Position numbers and translations under genes: made by a program
Assembly: GCA_963816185.1 (NCBI GenBank)
Contig: CAWFJJ010000024.1
Span: 256,001-320,000, forward strand
Origin: Thermoanaerobaculia bacterium
GTDB lineage: Bacteria; Acidobacteriota; Thermoanaerobaculia; UBA5066
DNA: 64,000 nt
Reading direction: 5' to 3'
The notes under the pieces: model-generated
Databases searched by the model: none
What the model was told of the DNA's origin: nothing
The model's input: the letters and a program-made list of their open reading frames with translations, nothing else
Shown: positions 48,744 to 58,806 of the stretch, piece after piece
How the letters are laid out: every line of letters begins with the position of its first letter
How positions within the stretch are numbered: position 1 is the first letter of the stretch

Positions 48744-49514
48744 ATGCGAAACAGAATCCGCGGCGTTGCCCCCCTGCTCTGTTTGCTGGCCGCTTCTCGA
48801 ATCGCCTTCGCCGTGACCGCCGAGGAGATCGTCGCGAGAAACGTCGAGGCGCGCGGCGGGGCGGCCGCGCTCGCCTCCCTGAAGAGCCTTCGACGGACCG
48901 GCCGGTACGTCCTGCCCGGCCGGAACCTCCTGATCACCCTCACCGAGGTGCGCGAGCGACCGGGCCGGATCCGCCAGGAGACCACGTACCAGGGCCTCAC
49001 GCAGATCCAGGCCTTCGACGGCGAGAAGGGCTGGCAGGTCCAGCCGTTCGAGGGCCGCAGGGACCCGGTCCTGATGTCCGAGGACGACACCAAGCCGTTC
49101 CGCCTCGCGGCGGACCTCGACGGGGCCTTCGTGAACGCGAAGGCGAAAGGCCACACGCTCGAATACATGGGCACCGAGGACGTGGACGGCACGCTCGCGC
49201 ACAAGCTGCGCGTCGGGCTGAAATGGGGAGGCGACGTGACGGTCTGGATCGACCCCGACACCTGGATGGTGATCCGCGACCTGCAGACGACGACGGTCCG
49301 GGGAGCCGAGCAGGAAACCGAGACCGATTACGGCGACTACGAGAAGGTGGGGAGCGTCTACGTCCCGATGAGCGAGGAGAGCGGGCCGCGGAACTCGCCG
49401 AGCGCCTCGCGGGCGAAGGCGATCTACGACAAGGCCGAGGCCAATGTCGCCGTCGCCCCAGACGCGTTCACGTTCCCGGCGAAGGCCGCCGCGCCGGCAG
49501 GAGCGGGCCGATGA
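48744..49514 (+). CDS. Exported hypothetical protein (LolA-like fold suspected)
   Basis: Signal peptide; ARGG...L-SL and DYEKVG motifs; ATGA-coupled to the next gene. Confidence 0.7.
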   Translation: MRNRIRGVAPLLCLLAASRIAFAVTAEEIVARNVEARGGAAALASLKSLRRTGRYVLPGRNLLITLTEVRERPGRIRQETTYQGLTQIQAFDGEKGWQVQPFEGRRDPVLMSEDDTKPFRLAADLDGAFVNAKAKGHTLEYMGTEDVDGTLAHKLRVGLKWGGDVTVWIDPDTWMVIRDLQTTTVRGAEQETETDYGDYEKVGSVYVPMSEESGPRNSPSASRAKAIYDKAEANVAVAPDAFTFPAKAAAPAGAGR

Positions 49515-52500
49515 GAGCCTCCGCCGCGCTCGTTCTCGCGTCGTCCCCTCGCCGCGACTGCCGCGCCGCCCGCCGTGGACTCCGGTGCGATCTCGGGCCT
49601 CGGCGCCCGCAACATCGGCTCGGCCGCGATGAGCGGCCGCATCGCCGCGGTGACGGGCCGCGTCGAAAACGACGGCAAGGTCACGCTCTTCGTCGGCTCC
49701 GCCTCGGGCGGCGTCTGGAAGTCGCTGGACGGCGGGACGACGTTCAAGCCGGTCTTCGACAAGCAGCCCGTTCAGTCCATCGGCGCGATCGCGCTCGATC
49801 CCTCCGACCCGAAGGTCGTCTGGGTCGGGACCGGCGAGACCTGGACGCGCAACTCCGTCTCGGTCGGAGACGGGATCTGGCGCTCCGGCGACGGCGGCGA
49901 GACCTGGACGCACATGGGTCTCCCGGAGTCCGAGCGCATCAACCGGATCCTCGTGAACCCGAGGAAGAGCGACGTCGTTTACGCGTGCGTGCCCGGTAAG
50001 CTCTGGTCGGACTCGCCGGACCGGGGCCTCTACAAGACGACGGACGGCGGGAAGAGCTGGGCGCTCGTCCTCAAGGGCGGCGAACCTCTCGACGGGCTGC
50101 TCCGGTCTCGCGATGGACCCGCGCAACCCGGATCGCCTCTTCGCGGGACTCTGGGACTTCCGAAGGAAGGGCTGGACGTTCCGGTCCGGGAGCGACGGGC
50201 CGACGGGACCCTCCGGGTCGGGCCTCTTCCTGACGGAAGACGGCGGCTCGACGTGGAAGAAGCTGGACGCGAAGTCGGCGCCCGGCCTGCCCGAAGGGCC
50301 GTGGGGTCGGCTCGACGTCGCGATCGCACCGTCTTCGCCCGACCGGGTCTACGCCGTGATCGAGAGCGTGAAGTCGGCGCTCTACCGCTCCGACGACGGG
50401 GGGAAGACGTGGGCGCGGAAAGACGACAGCCAGCGGATGGTCTGGAGGCCGTTCTACTTCTCGCGCCTCGTCGTCGACCCGACGAACCCCGATCGCATCT
50501 ACAAGCCGAACCTGACGCTCATCGCGTCCGAGGACGGCGGCGCGAGCTTCGGCGACGTGGGCGGCGGCACTCACGGGGACCACCACGACGTCTGGGTCAA
50601 CCCGAAGAACCCGAAGAACGTCGTGACGGGCGACGACGGCGGTCTGTGGATCTCGTACGACGGCGGAAACCGGTGGTGGAAGTGCAACAACCTGCCGGTC
50701 TCGCAGTTCTACCACGTGTCCGTCGACGACAAGGACCCGTACCAGGTGTACGGCGGCCTGCAGGACAACAGCTCGTGGGCCGGCGACTCGGCGTACCCGG
50801 GCGGCATCACGAACAGCCGCTGGGAGAACCTCTACAACAGCGACGGCTTCTGGGTCTTCGTGGACCCTCTCGACCCGAACTTCGTGTACGCGGAAGGCCA
50901 GGGCGGCTACATCGGCCGGATCGACCGGCGAACGCTCGCCGCGCGCGACATCCAGCCGAAGGCGGGTTTCCAGGAGAAGCTGCGCTGGAACTGGAACACG
51001 CCGATTCACGTCTCGCGCCTCGAGAAGGGCAAGCTCTACATCGGCTCGCAGTTCCTCTTCGTGACGAAGGACGGCGGGCAGTCATGGCAGCGGATCTCGC
51101 CCGACCTCACGACGAACGACCCCGAGAAGCAGAAACAGGAGCAGTCGGGAGGCATCACGGTCGACAACTCGGCCGCCGAGATGAACACGACGATCTACTC
51201 GATCTGCGAGAGCCCGCGCGACGGCAAGACGATCTGGGTCGGCACCGACGACGGCAACCTCCAGCTCACGCGCGACGGCGGAAAGGCATGGACGAACCTC
51301 GTGAAGAACGTCCCGGGCCTCCCGCCGGCGAGCTGGGTCTCCTGGGTCGAGGCCGGCCCGCACGCGGACGGCGACGCATACGCCGCGTTCGACCGCCACA
51401 CGTTCGGCGACATGACGCCGTGGGTCTACGCGACGCACGACTTCGGCAGGACCTGGGAGCGGATCGTCGGCCCGGCGTCGGGCGTCCGCGGCTGGGCATG
51501 GGTGATCAAGGAAGACCCCGTCCGGCCGGGCCTCCTCTACCTCGGGACGGAGTTCGGGCTCTTCATCTCGCTCGACGCCGGGAAGACGTGGGCGGAGTTC
51601 AAGGGCGGCAACTTCCCGTCCGTCGCCGTGCGGGACCTCGCCTTCGCCGCGCACGACAAGGACCTCGTCGTCGCGACGCACGGGCGCGGGATCTGGATCC
51701 TCGACGACCTCACGCCGCTGCGTGCGCTCACGCCGGAGATCGTCGGCAAGGACGTCGCGTTCCTGCCGTCGCGGCCCGTGATCCAGAAGCCGCGCGGCTC
51801 GGGCGGCTGGCCCGAGGGAGACGCCTCGTACGCGGGCCCGAACCCGCCGTCGGGCGCCGTCATTACGTATTACCAGAAGACGCGCCACACGTTCGGGCGC
51901 ATGAAGCTCGAGATCCTCGACGCCTCGGGCCGCGTCGTCGACACGCCGCCGGCGGGGAAGCGCAAGGGCATCAACCGCGTCGTGTGGTCGATGCAGGAGA
52001 AGCCGCCCCGCGTCCCGACGGCCGCGGCGGCCGCCGGCGCGTCGACCGGGCCGCGCGTCCTGCCCGGCACGTACACCGTGCGCCTCACGAAGGGCAAGGA
52101 CGTCGTCGAGACGCCGCTCGTCGTCGCGCTCGACCCGCGCGCGCCGTTCACGCTCGCGGACCGCAAGGCCCAGTACGACGAGGCGATGAAGGCGCACGCG
52201 CTCTTCGGGCGCATGAGCGACGTCGTGGACCGCCTGAACGGCTACCGGGCGCTCGCTGTCCGCGCGCGCGAAGGGGCTGCCGGCGGGCGACGCCGTCCGG
52301 AAGGACCTCGACGCGTTCGCGGCGAAGGCGGAGGCGATCCGCAAGGACGTCGTCGCCACGTCCGAGGGCGGCGCGATCACGGGCGAGGAGCGGCTGCGCG
52401 AGCACCTCGCCTACGTCTACGACGCGATCCTCTCGTACGAGGGCCGGCCCGGCGACTACCAGGTCGAGCGCGTGGCAGTCCTCGAGCGCGAGCTGAAGGA

Positions 52501-52703
52501 CGTCGAGGCGCGCGCGGCGGCGCTCGGCGAAGGCGGATCTCCCGGCGCTCAACGAGAAGCTGCGGGCGCGGAAGCTCGCGCCGATCGCCGAGGCGGCGGC
52601 GCGAAGCGAGGGCGAGCGGATCGCGGCGGCGCGGACGATCGAGGAGGCGTGGGCCGGCGCGCGCGAAGGCGCGGCCGCGACGCGAAGGGCCGAACGCGAC
52701 TGA
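49511..52703 (+). CDS. VPS10/BNR (Asp-box) repeat glycosyl hydrolase-like protein, frameshifted
   Basis: Many S-x-D-G-G-x-T-W boxes, MSGRI, YGGLQDN, RWNWNTP and ATHGRG motifs split across ORFs 49575 and 50113; 3' end approximate. Confidence 0.8.
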
Positions 52704-52716
52704 CCGGCACGGGACT

Positions 52717-53311
52717 CTAGCGCTTGCCCACGGCGAGCCAAGGCATGCCGCGGTAGGAATCCGCCACCACCCAAGCGCCGGCCGTCAGCGCCCAAGAGAC
52801 GACGAACTCCGTCCATTGGGAGGCGTCGGGGCCTGCCGCCACGATGGGGATCCACACAAGCAGCGTGAACAGTCCCAGCTCCAGCGCCGAGAGCGTAGCG
52901 GCCAGCCGTGGATACACACCGATGAGCACGCCTACGCCCGCCGCGATGAAAGCGAAGCCGGTGAAGTACGCCCAGGCCAGATGCCCTGGCAGCCAGCCAG
53001 GCACCATCCCAACGGTCCTTTCGAGATAGGTGAAGTGGGCTACGCCGAAGGGGGTAGATGAGCAGAAGGCGGGAAGCGACGACGGCTGTGCGCTGCCAGA
53101 GTAGGCCTGTGCCGGATACCAGAGAGACGAAGACGCAGAGATAGGCTAGTGCCTCGCGAGCGGGAAAACCCTTGGGCACCCCCGTCCATATCGGGGTGAA
53201 ATCGCCTTTGATCAGGCCCGAGATTCCGAGTGCGATCATGGTCGCTGCAAAGACCGCATGGCCCAAGCTTGCGATGCCGATCGCCCTTGCTCCGGCGCTA
53301 TTCCTGCTCAT
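52717..53311 (-). pseudogene. DoxX-like membrane protein gene with frameshift and apparent internal deletion
   Basis: Hydrophobic N-half (to LLLIY) and C-half (PFGVAHF...VPGWLP...WAYFTG) in different frames, joined near 53055; lower GC than flanks. Confidence 0.6.
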
Positions 53312-53455
53312 TCGATTCTCTTGGCCGGATCTTCGCGCAGGTTCCTATCTGCAGCCAGGGGCGGGTGGGCAGATCTGGGCGCGATCGCTTCCGAGGTAGA
53401 CTTGGCGTGCTCGGCGGCTCGCACGCGCGGGGGCCGGTCCCTCTAACGCTACTCA

Positions 53456-54820
53456 ATGAAAAGCTCTTCTTCTCCCTTGCTCCCGTCCGTGGGCATCGTT
53501 TCGCTCGGCTGCCCGAAGAACCTCGTCGACACCGAGGTCATGCTGGGCCATCTCCAGCGCGAAGGCTTGACGCTGACGGATCCGGAGAAGGCGCGTGTCG
53601 TCATCGTGAACACGTGCGGCTTCATCGACTCGGCCAAGGAGGAGTCCGTCGGGGCGATCCTCCGCGAGGTGCGCCGGAAGGAGGCGGGGGAGATCGACCG
53701 GGTCGTCGTGGCGGGCTGCATGGTGCAGAAGTACGGGAAAGAGCTCGCCGCGGAAATTCCCGAAGTGGACCACTTCATCGGTCTCGACGAGCTGGAGAAA
53801 GCGCCCGCTGCCGCGCTGGGCCTGCCGTCGCTGCCGCGCTTCGCCGACAAGCCGCTCGCCACGCGTCTCTACGACGAGCTCTCGCCGCGCGTCCTGACCC
53901 ACCGCAGGGGCTACGCATACCTGAAAGTGGCCGAGGGCTGCAACAACCCCTGCACGTTCTGCACGATTCCCCAGATGCGCGGCTTCATGCGCTCGCGGAC
54001 CGTCGCGTCGCTCGTGAAGGAGGCTCAGGGACTCGAGGCGCAGGGTGTCAAGGAGCTGGTACTCATCTCACAGGACACGACGCGCTACGGCGAGGACCTC
54101 GGCCTCGGCCGAATGGGCCTCGCGCAGCTCGTCAAGGCGCTCCTCGCCGAGACGGGCTTCCCCTGGGTGCGGTTTCTGTATGCGTACCCGAAGACGCTGC
54201 ACGACAGCGTCGTGGACGTCATGGCCGAGAACCCTCGATTCCTGCCCTACGTCGACATGCCGCTCCAGCACGTGTCGCGGAGGATCCTCGCAGCCATGAA
54301 ACGCGGAGGCGATGCCGCGAGCTATCTCCGACGATTCGAAGAAATCCGAAGAATCGTGCCCGAGATCGCCCTGCGCTCGACGTTCATCGTCGGCTTTCCC
54401 GGGGAGGAAGAGAGGGATTTCTTAGAAGTGGAAGAGTTTCTCGAGGCCGTGCGCTTCGACAACGTGGGCGTCTTCACGTACTCCCCGGAGCCCGGCTCGG
54501 GTGCGGGGCCTCTCGGGGACCCCATTCCATTCGAAGAAAAATCTTCGCGACGCGATCGTCTGATGGAAGTCCAGCAGAAGATCTCCCTTTCCAAGAACCG
54601 CGCGAAGCGCGGCAAGTCTTTCGATGCCCTGCTCGAAGGCCCCAGCGAGGAGACCGAAATGCTTCTCGAAGCCCGGATCCCCGGGCAGGCCCCCGAAATC
54701 GACGGCCGAGTCCTCGTCAACGAGGTGCCCGAGGGATGGGCTCCGCGCATCGGGGAGATCGTGCGGGTGACGATCACCGAAGCACACCCCTACGACCTCG
54801 TGGGCAGGATCGTCGCTTAA
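53456..54820 (+). CDS. rimO: Ribosomal protein S12 methylthiotransferase
   Basis: SLGCPKNLVD, NTCGFI, CNNPCTFC (radical SAM) and APEIDG motifs; TRAM domain. Confidence 0.96.
   Translation: MKSSSSPLLPSVGIVSLGCPKNLVDTEVMLGHLQREGLTLTDPEKARVVIVNTCGFIDSAKEESVGAILREVRRKEAGEIDRVVVAGCMVQKYGKELAAEIPEVDHFIGLDELEKAPAAALGLPSLPRFADKPLATRLYDELSPRVLTHRRGYAYLKVAEGCNNPCTFCTIPQMRGFMRSRTVASLVKEAQGLEAQGVKELVLISQDTTRYGEDLGLGRMGLAQLVKALLAETGFPWVRFLYAYPKTLHDSVVDVMAENPRFLPYVDMPLQHVSRRILAAMKRGGDAASYLRRFEEIRRIVPEIALRSTFIVGFPGEEERDFLEVEEFLEAVRFDNVGVFTYSPEPGSGAGPLGDPIPFEEKSSRRDRLMEVQQKISLSKNRAKRGKSFDALLEGPSEETEMLLEARIPGQAPEIDGRVLVNEVPEGWAPRIGEIVRVTITEAHPYDLVGRIVA
54335..54597. repeat. Motif cluster in rimO (reverse 54335, forward 54419, reverse 54530, weak 54589)
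   Basis: GATTCGAAGAAATCC; GAAGAGAGGGATTTCTTAGAAGTGG; CCATTCGAAGAAAAATCTTC. Confidence 0.8.
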
Positions 54821-54832
54821 GATCTCCCGCCG

Positions 54833-55777
54833 TTGCAGGTCATCAAGGATCCTTTCCGTCCCGTCGACCTCCCTCGCGGAGGCGTCGTGACCGTCGGAAA
54901 CTTCGACGGTGTGCATCTCGGCCACCAGTTGATGCTCCGGGAGGTCGCAAGACGCGCGGGCGACCTCGGCGCGCCCGCCGTGGTCGTGACGTTCGAGCCG
55001 CACCCGATCAAGGTCCTCCACCCCGAGCGCGCGCCCCGGATGATCCAGACCCTGAGGCAGCGCGAGGAGGCGATCGAGGCCTGCGGGATCGACGCGCTCA
55101 TCCTCGTGCCGTTCACCCGGGACTTCTCGCTCACGCCGGCGGAGGATTTCATCCGGGAGCTTCTCGTGAAACGCCTCGCCGCGCGCGAGGTCCTCGTCGG
55201 GGAGCACTTCATGTTCGGGCGGGAGCGGGGCGGAAACATGGGGGTCCTCCGGCGAATCGGCGACGCCTCGGGCTTCAAGGTGACGCCCGTCGCCGACGTC
55301 AAGGACGATGCGGCAACGATCTCGTCCTCCCGCATCCGAAACGCGCTCGCCGCGGGAGACGTCGCCTCGGCGAGCGCGCTGCTCGGGCGCGCGTACGCGA
55401 TGGACGGCCTGATCGCCAAGGGCGATCGCATGGGTCGCAAGATCGGGTTTCCGACGATGAACCTGAAGAGTGACAACGAGCTGTACCCGAAGGACGGGGT
55501 TTATTTCACGTCCGTGAGGATCGCGTCGTTCGAAAGGACCTTCCCGTGCGTGACGAACATCGGACGCCGGCCCACCGTCTACGAGGACTACGCGACCACG
55601 ATCGAGTCGTACATCCTCGACTTCTCGTCGGACGTCTACGGCGAGCGCGTGCGCCTGTCCTTCTTCGACCGCGTCCGTGACGAGCGGACGTTTCCGTCCA
55701 TGCTGGACCTGACGGCGCAGATCAAACGGGACGTGGAGGCGACGCGCCTCTACTTCCTGAAGCACCCCCTGCCGTGA
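54833..55777 (+). CDS. ribF: Bifunctional riboflavin kinase / FAD synthetase
   Basis: GNFDGVHLGH, TFEPHP, ISSSRIR, GRKIGFPT-N and NIGRRPT motifs. Confidence 0.96.
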   Translation: MQVIKDPFRPVDLPRGGVVTVGNFDGVHLGHQLMLREVARRAGDLGAPAVVVTFEPHPIKVLHPERAPRMIQTLRQREEAIEACGIDALILVPFTRDFSLTPAEDFIRELLVKRLAAREVLVGEHFMFGRERGGNMGVLRRIGDASGFKVTPVADVKDDAATISSSRIRNALAAGDVASASALLGRAYAMDGLIAKGDRMGRKIGFPTMNLKSDNELYPKDGVYFTSVRIASFERTFPCVTNIGRRPTVYEDYATTIESYILDFSSDVYGERVRLSFFDRVRDERTFPSMLDLTAQIKRDVEATRLYFLKHPLP

Positions 55778-56676
55778 GCGCCGAGACCGCGGTCAGGGCC
55801 GTCGCCGCCGTTCTCGCCCTCCTTCTCTCGGGCCGGGTTTCGAATCGAGCCGCGGCGCTCGCCCTGGGCGTCCTCGCAGCATTCGCGGTCTTCGGAGCGA
55901 GGATCGCGGTCCTGCCCGGCTCCGCGTGGGCCGCGCTGGTGACCGCGTGTCTCGTCGCGCTCCTCGCGCTCGGGGCCGCCCGCTCGTGGTCGGCGATAAC
56001 CGGGGACGGCCTCACGGCCGGCGCGCTGATCGCGGGAGGCGCCGCCTGCGCCGCCGTGTTCGCGGGGCGGCACCTGCCGGGTTGGCAGGCGGCCGCGCTC
56101 GTGTCCATCGTCGTGGCCGCCGTGTCGGCGTTCGCGGCGGAGGCCACGCGCGCGAGCGCGGAGGCCGGCTGGAGGGAAGGCGTCGCCTGGGCGAGCGCCG
56201 GTCTCGCGCCTCCGGTACTCGCCGCGGCGTTCGCGGGGCTCTTCGCCGGGATTCCGCGCCGCCTCGAGCCCCTCGTCGTGGCCGCGGCGCTCGCCACGGG
56301 CGTCCTCGTCTGGATCCCGGCGCTCCTCGCCGAGCGCGCGCGCGTCTCGCGTGAGCTCGCCGAGGAGGTGACGCTCGGCCTGCTTTCCGTGGAGGATGCG
56401 GTCGCGTTACGGCTCCCGTGGACGCGCGGGTTCGAGAAGCGCTTCGGTCGCCCGGACGAGCGTCGCGAATACGTCAGGAGCGCGCTCCTTCTCGCCGTCG
56501 CACGCCACCAGCAGAGGCACCGCTCGGGTGAGGCCGAGCGCCTGAGACAGCTCGAGGTGCTCACGTTCCGAACGCGGCTCCGAAGGACCCAGGACGCGCG
56601 GGCCGCGCGATTTCGCGTGCGCGAATCCGGCGAGTTCGGGGAGGCGCGGTCTCCCGATCCTCCGGGCGGCCCTTAG
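55774..56676 (+). CDS. Hypothetical multi-pass membrane protein
   Basis: Several Ala/Leu-rich TM segments and a charged C-terminus; GTGA-coupled to ribF. Confidence 0.65.
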   Translation: MSAETAVRAVAAVLALLLSGRVSNRAAALALGVLAAFAVFGARIAVLPGSAWAALVTACLVALLALGAARSWSAITGDGLTAGALIAGGAACAAVFAGRHLPGWQAAALVSIVVAAVSAFAAEATRASAEAGWREGVAWASAGLAPPVLAAAFAGLFAGIPRRLEPLVVAAALATGVLVWIPALLAERARVSRELAEEVTLGLLSVEDAVALRLPWTRGFEKRFGRPDERREYVRSALLLAVARHQQRHRSGEAERLRQLEVLTFRTRLRRTQDARAARFRVRESGEFGEARSPDPPGGP

Positions 56677-56715
56677 TCGACGAAAGCGCCCGAGGAACGG
56701 ATACTTTGCGCTTCG

Positions 56716-58746
56716 TCAAGGGGCTCCGGGCACGTCCGCCTGGAGGAATGCGCCATCCCCGGTCCGCTGCCCGGGCGCGCCGCCGTCGTTCACCACCGCG
56801 TAGCAGAGGAACGGGCTCGAACCCGATGTCCTCGTGACCAGGGCGTACGCGTTCTGGAGGTCGTAGCCCGTGAGGACGGCGTTGAGCTGGACGAAGCCCC
56901 CCGGCGGTACGGTCAGCGTGTTCGGCGGGGCGATCGTCAGCCCCGTCGTCCCGTCGAAGAAATCGATCCGGAACGTGTCGGTGCCGCCGACGAGGCCCGT
57001 GTTCACGACCGCCAGATTCGTCCGGTTGTCGGGGTTCTGCTGCAGGCCGTAGATCCACGCCCGCTCGGTCGCTCGGGAGGCCGAAGGGATACCTTCCGAA
57101 AAGAGGCCGAAGCGGCCGCCGCCGCCCGCGATCGACGTCCGGGCGCCCATGGTGACGCCCCGAAGATCCCCCGTCGTGTCGACGGCGACGAGCGGCCCCG
57201 CGAAGACCGGGCCTGGCGCGTCCGTGACCGCGCCCCGATCCCGGAGGACCTGCACGAAGCCCGGCAGGATCTGCTGTTCGCCGCTCTCCAGCTTGATCAG
57301 CAGGCTCGCGGAACCGCCCCTGAGAGCGGAGGAGAAGTACGTGAGCTGCACGCCATGCTGGGAGGCCGAGAAGTTCGTGAGGACGAGCTCCGTGGAGAAA
57401 GAGCCCGTCTCGACGAGAGCGGGGAGGGTGAGGCTGGCGACCGGCGCTTCCGGTGCGACGGGAACCGGAGCGATGAAAGAGCCGTCCGAGGTCGCCTGGT
57501 CGTTGATGACCCCGTACGCATAGAAAGGCGCCGTTCCGGCGATCCGCTCCACCATCACATAGCCGTTCGTGAGATCGAGCTGGTCCGTCGCGAGGACTCC
57601 GGAGATCTGGCTGAAACCGCCCGGAGGGAGGGCGATCGCCGGCAGAACCCGGGACACGCTGCTTCCCTTCTCTCCCGAGAAGACCGTCAGGCGTAGCGTG
57701 ATGGTGCCGTCGGAGGGGCCCCCGGCGTTCAGGACGGCCACGTTCGAGCGGTCCGTGTCCGTTTGCCTCAAGCCGGCGATCATGACGGGAGACGAGAGAA
57801 GACGGCTCGATAGGAGTCCGGGGTAGGAGAGGCCGGCGCGGCCGCCGGCGACGGCGCTCGTCGTCCGCACGGTCGCCGTTCCGGCGTCCGGGGACGAGAG
57901 GCCGGTGAACGTGATCCTCAGCGTCCCGCCGCGGTTGCCGGAGGCGCCGACCGGAATCCCGAGGCCCTTCAGAAACTCGATGACGTCCGGCACGATCTTC
58001 TGTCGCCCCGCCTGGAGCGAGTCCGGGGCCGTTCCGCTCGAGCCGCCGAACGCGGCGGTGTAGGCGTACGTGATGGAGGCGTCCGTCGCGCCCCGGTTCG
58101 TGAGCGTCAGCTCGGACGTGAAGAACGAACCGTTGAGTCCTGAGGACGAGAGGACGATCGGCACCGTGACGCCGGGCGAAGGATTGCCCACGGTGAGATC
58201 CAGGCGGGAGAGGGACACGTCGACACGCCCGTCGAACGTGCAGCCGCTGCAGCCGGGTCCCACCGAGATGACGAGGTTCCGGTACGTGTAGCTCTCGAGG
58301 GAAGCACCGGAAGGCGTACTCGAAAGAACTGTCTGGCCGGTGCCCGTCGCCGGGACCCCGAGAGCGATCGCCTGGTGCAAGATCTGTGACGCGTCGTTGA
58401 CGTCCGTGACAAGAGATCCCGATTTCGCCACGAGAGCGCCGAACCCCGCTTCGGAATGCGCGGCGACGTTGAAGAGATTCGGCAGGCTCGTGTTCGGACC
58501 GCCCGAGTCGCGCAGCGCGACGAGAAGCGGCGCGATCGAGGAGTGAGCCGCGGCCAGGTCGTTGAGAACCTCGGTTGGCAGAATCGCGCTTGCGGCTACG
58601 TACGAAGCCGCGGCCGGGCTCGAGCCGGAGGGCAGCGTCATCGTGCCGTACGTGACCGTGACGCCGACGGGCACCGTGACGGCCCAGGCGGCCGAGGGGA
58701 TCGCGATCGCGAGTGTGAATACTGGAGCGGCAAGACGAAGTGACAT
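56716..58746 (-). CDS. Exported beta-rich hypothetical protein with two internal repeat units
   Basis: Signal peptide; repeated F-x-[ST]-EL-x-LTN, R-[ST]-N-x-AV-x-N and Y-x-V-x-ND...[ST]-x-DG-x-F units; AGGAG SD. Confidence 0.75.
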   Translation of the reverse strand: MSLRLAAPVFTLAIAIPSAAWAVTVPVGVTVTYGTMTLPSGSSPAAASYVAASAILPTEVLNDLAAAHSSIAPLLVALRDSGGPNTSLPNLFNVAAHSEAGFGALVAKSGSLVTDVNDASQILHQAIALGVPATGTGQTVLSSTPSGASLESYTYRNLVISVGPGCSGCTFDGRVDVSLSRLDLTVGNPSPGVTVPIVLSSSGLNGSFFTSELTLTNRGATDASITYAYTAAFGGSSGTAPDSLQAGRQKIVPDVIEFLKGLGIPVGASGNRGGTLRITFTGLSSPDAGTATVRTTSAVAGGRAGLSYPGLLSSRLLSSPVMIAGLRQTDTDRSNVAVLNAGGPSDGTITLRLTVFSGEKGSSVSRVLPAIALPPGGFSQISGVLATDQLDLTNGYVMVERIAGTAPFYAYGVINDQATSDGSFIAPVPVAPEAPVASLTLPALVETGSFSTELVLTNFSASQHGVQLTYFSSALRGGSASLLIKLESGEQQILPGFVQVLRDRGAVTDAPGPVFAGPLVAVDTTGDLRGVTMGARTSIAGGGGRFGLFSEGIPSASRATERAWIYGLQQNPDNRTNLAVVNTGLVGGTDTFRIDFFDGTTGLTIAPPNTLTVPPGGFVQLNAVLTGYDLQNAYALVTRTSGSSPFLCYAVVNDGGAPGQRTGDGAFLQADVPGAP

Positions 58747-58806
58747 GGGGTGACTCCTACCGTTGCGGAGTGCCTCGGGGCCTCCGATTCCCACGCCTTT
58801 CCTTCC

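Noticed and set aside
55774-56676. PrsW-family protease
   Set aside because: Topology is loosely similar, but the catalytic EExxK and His motifs are not visible
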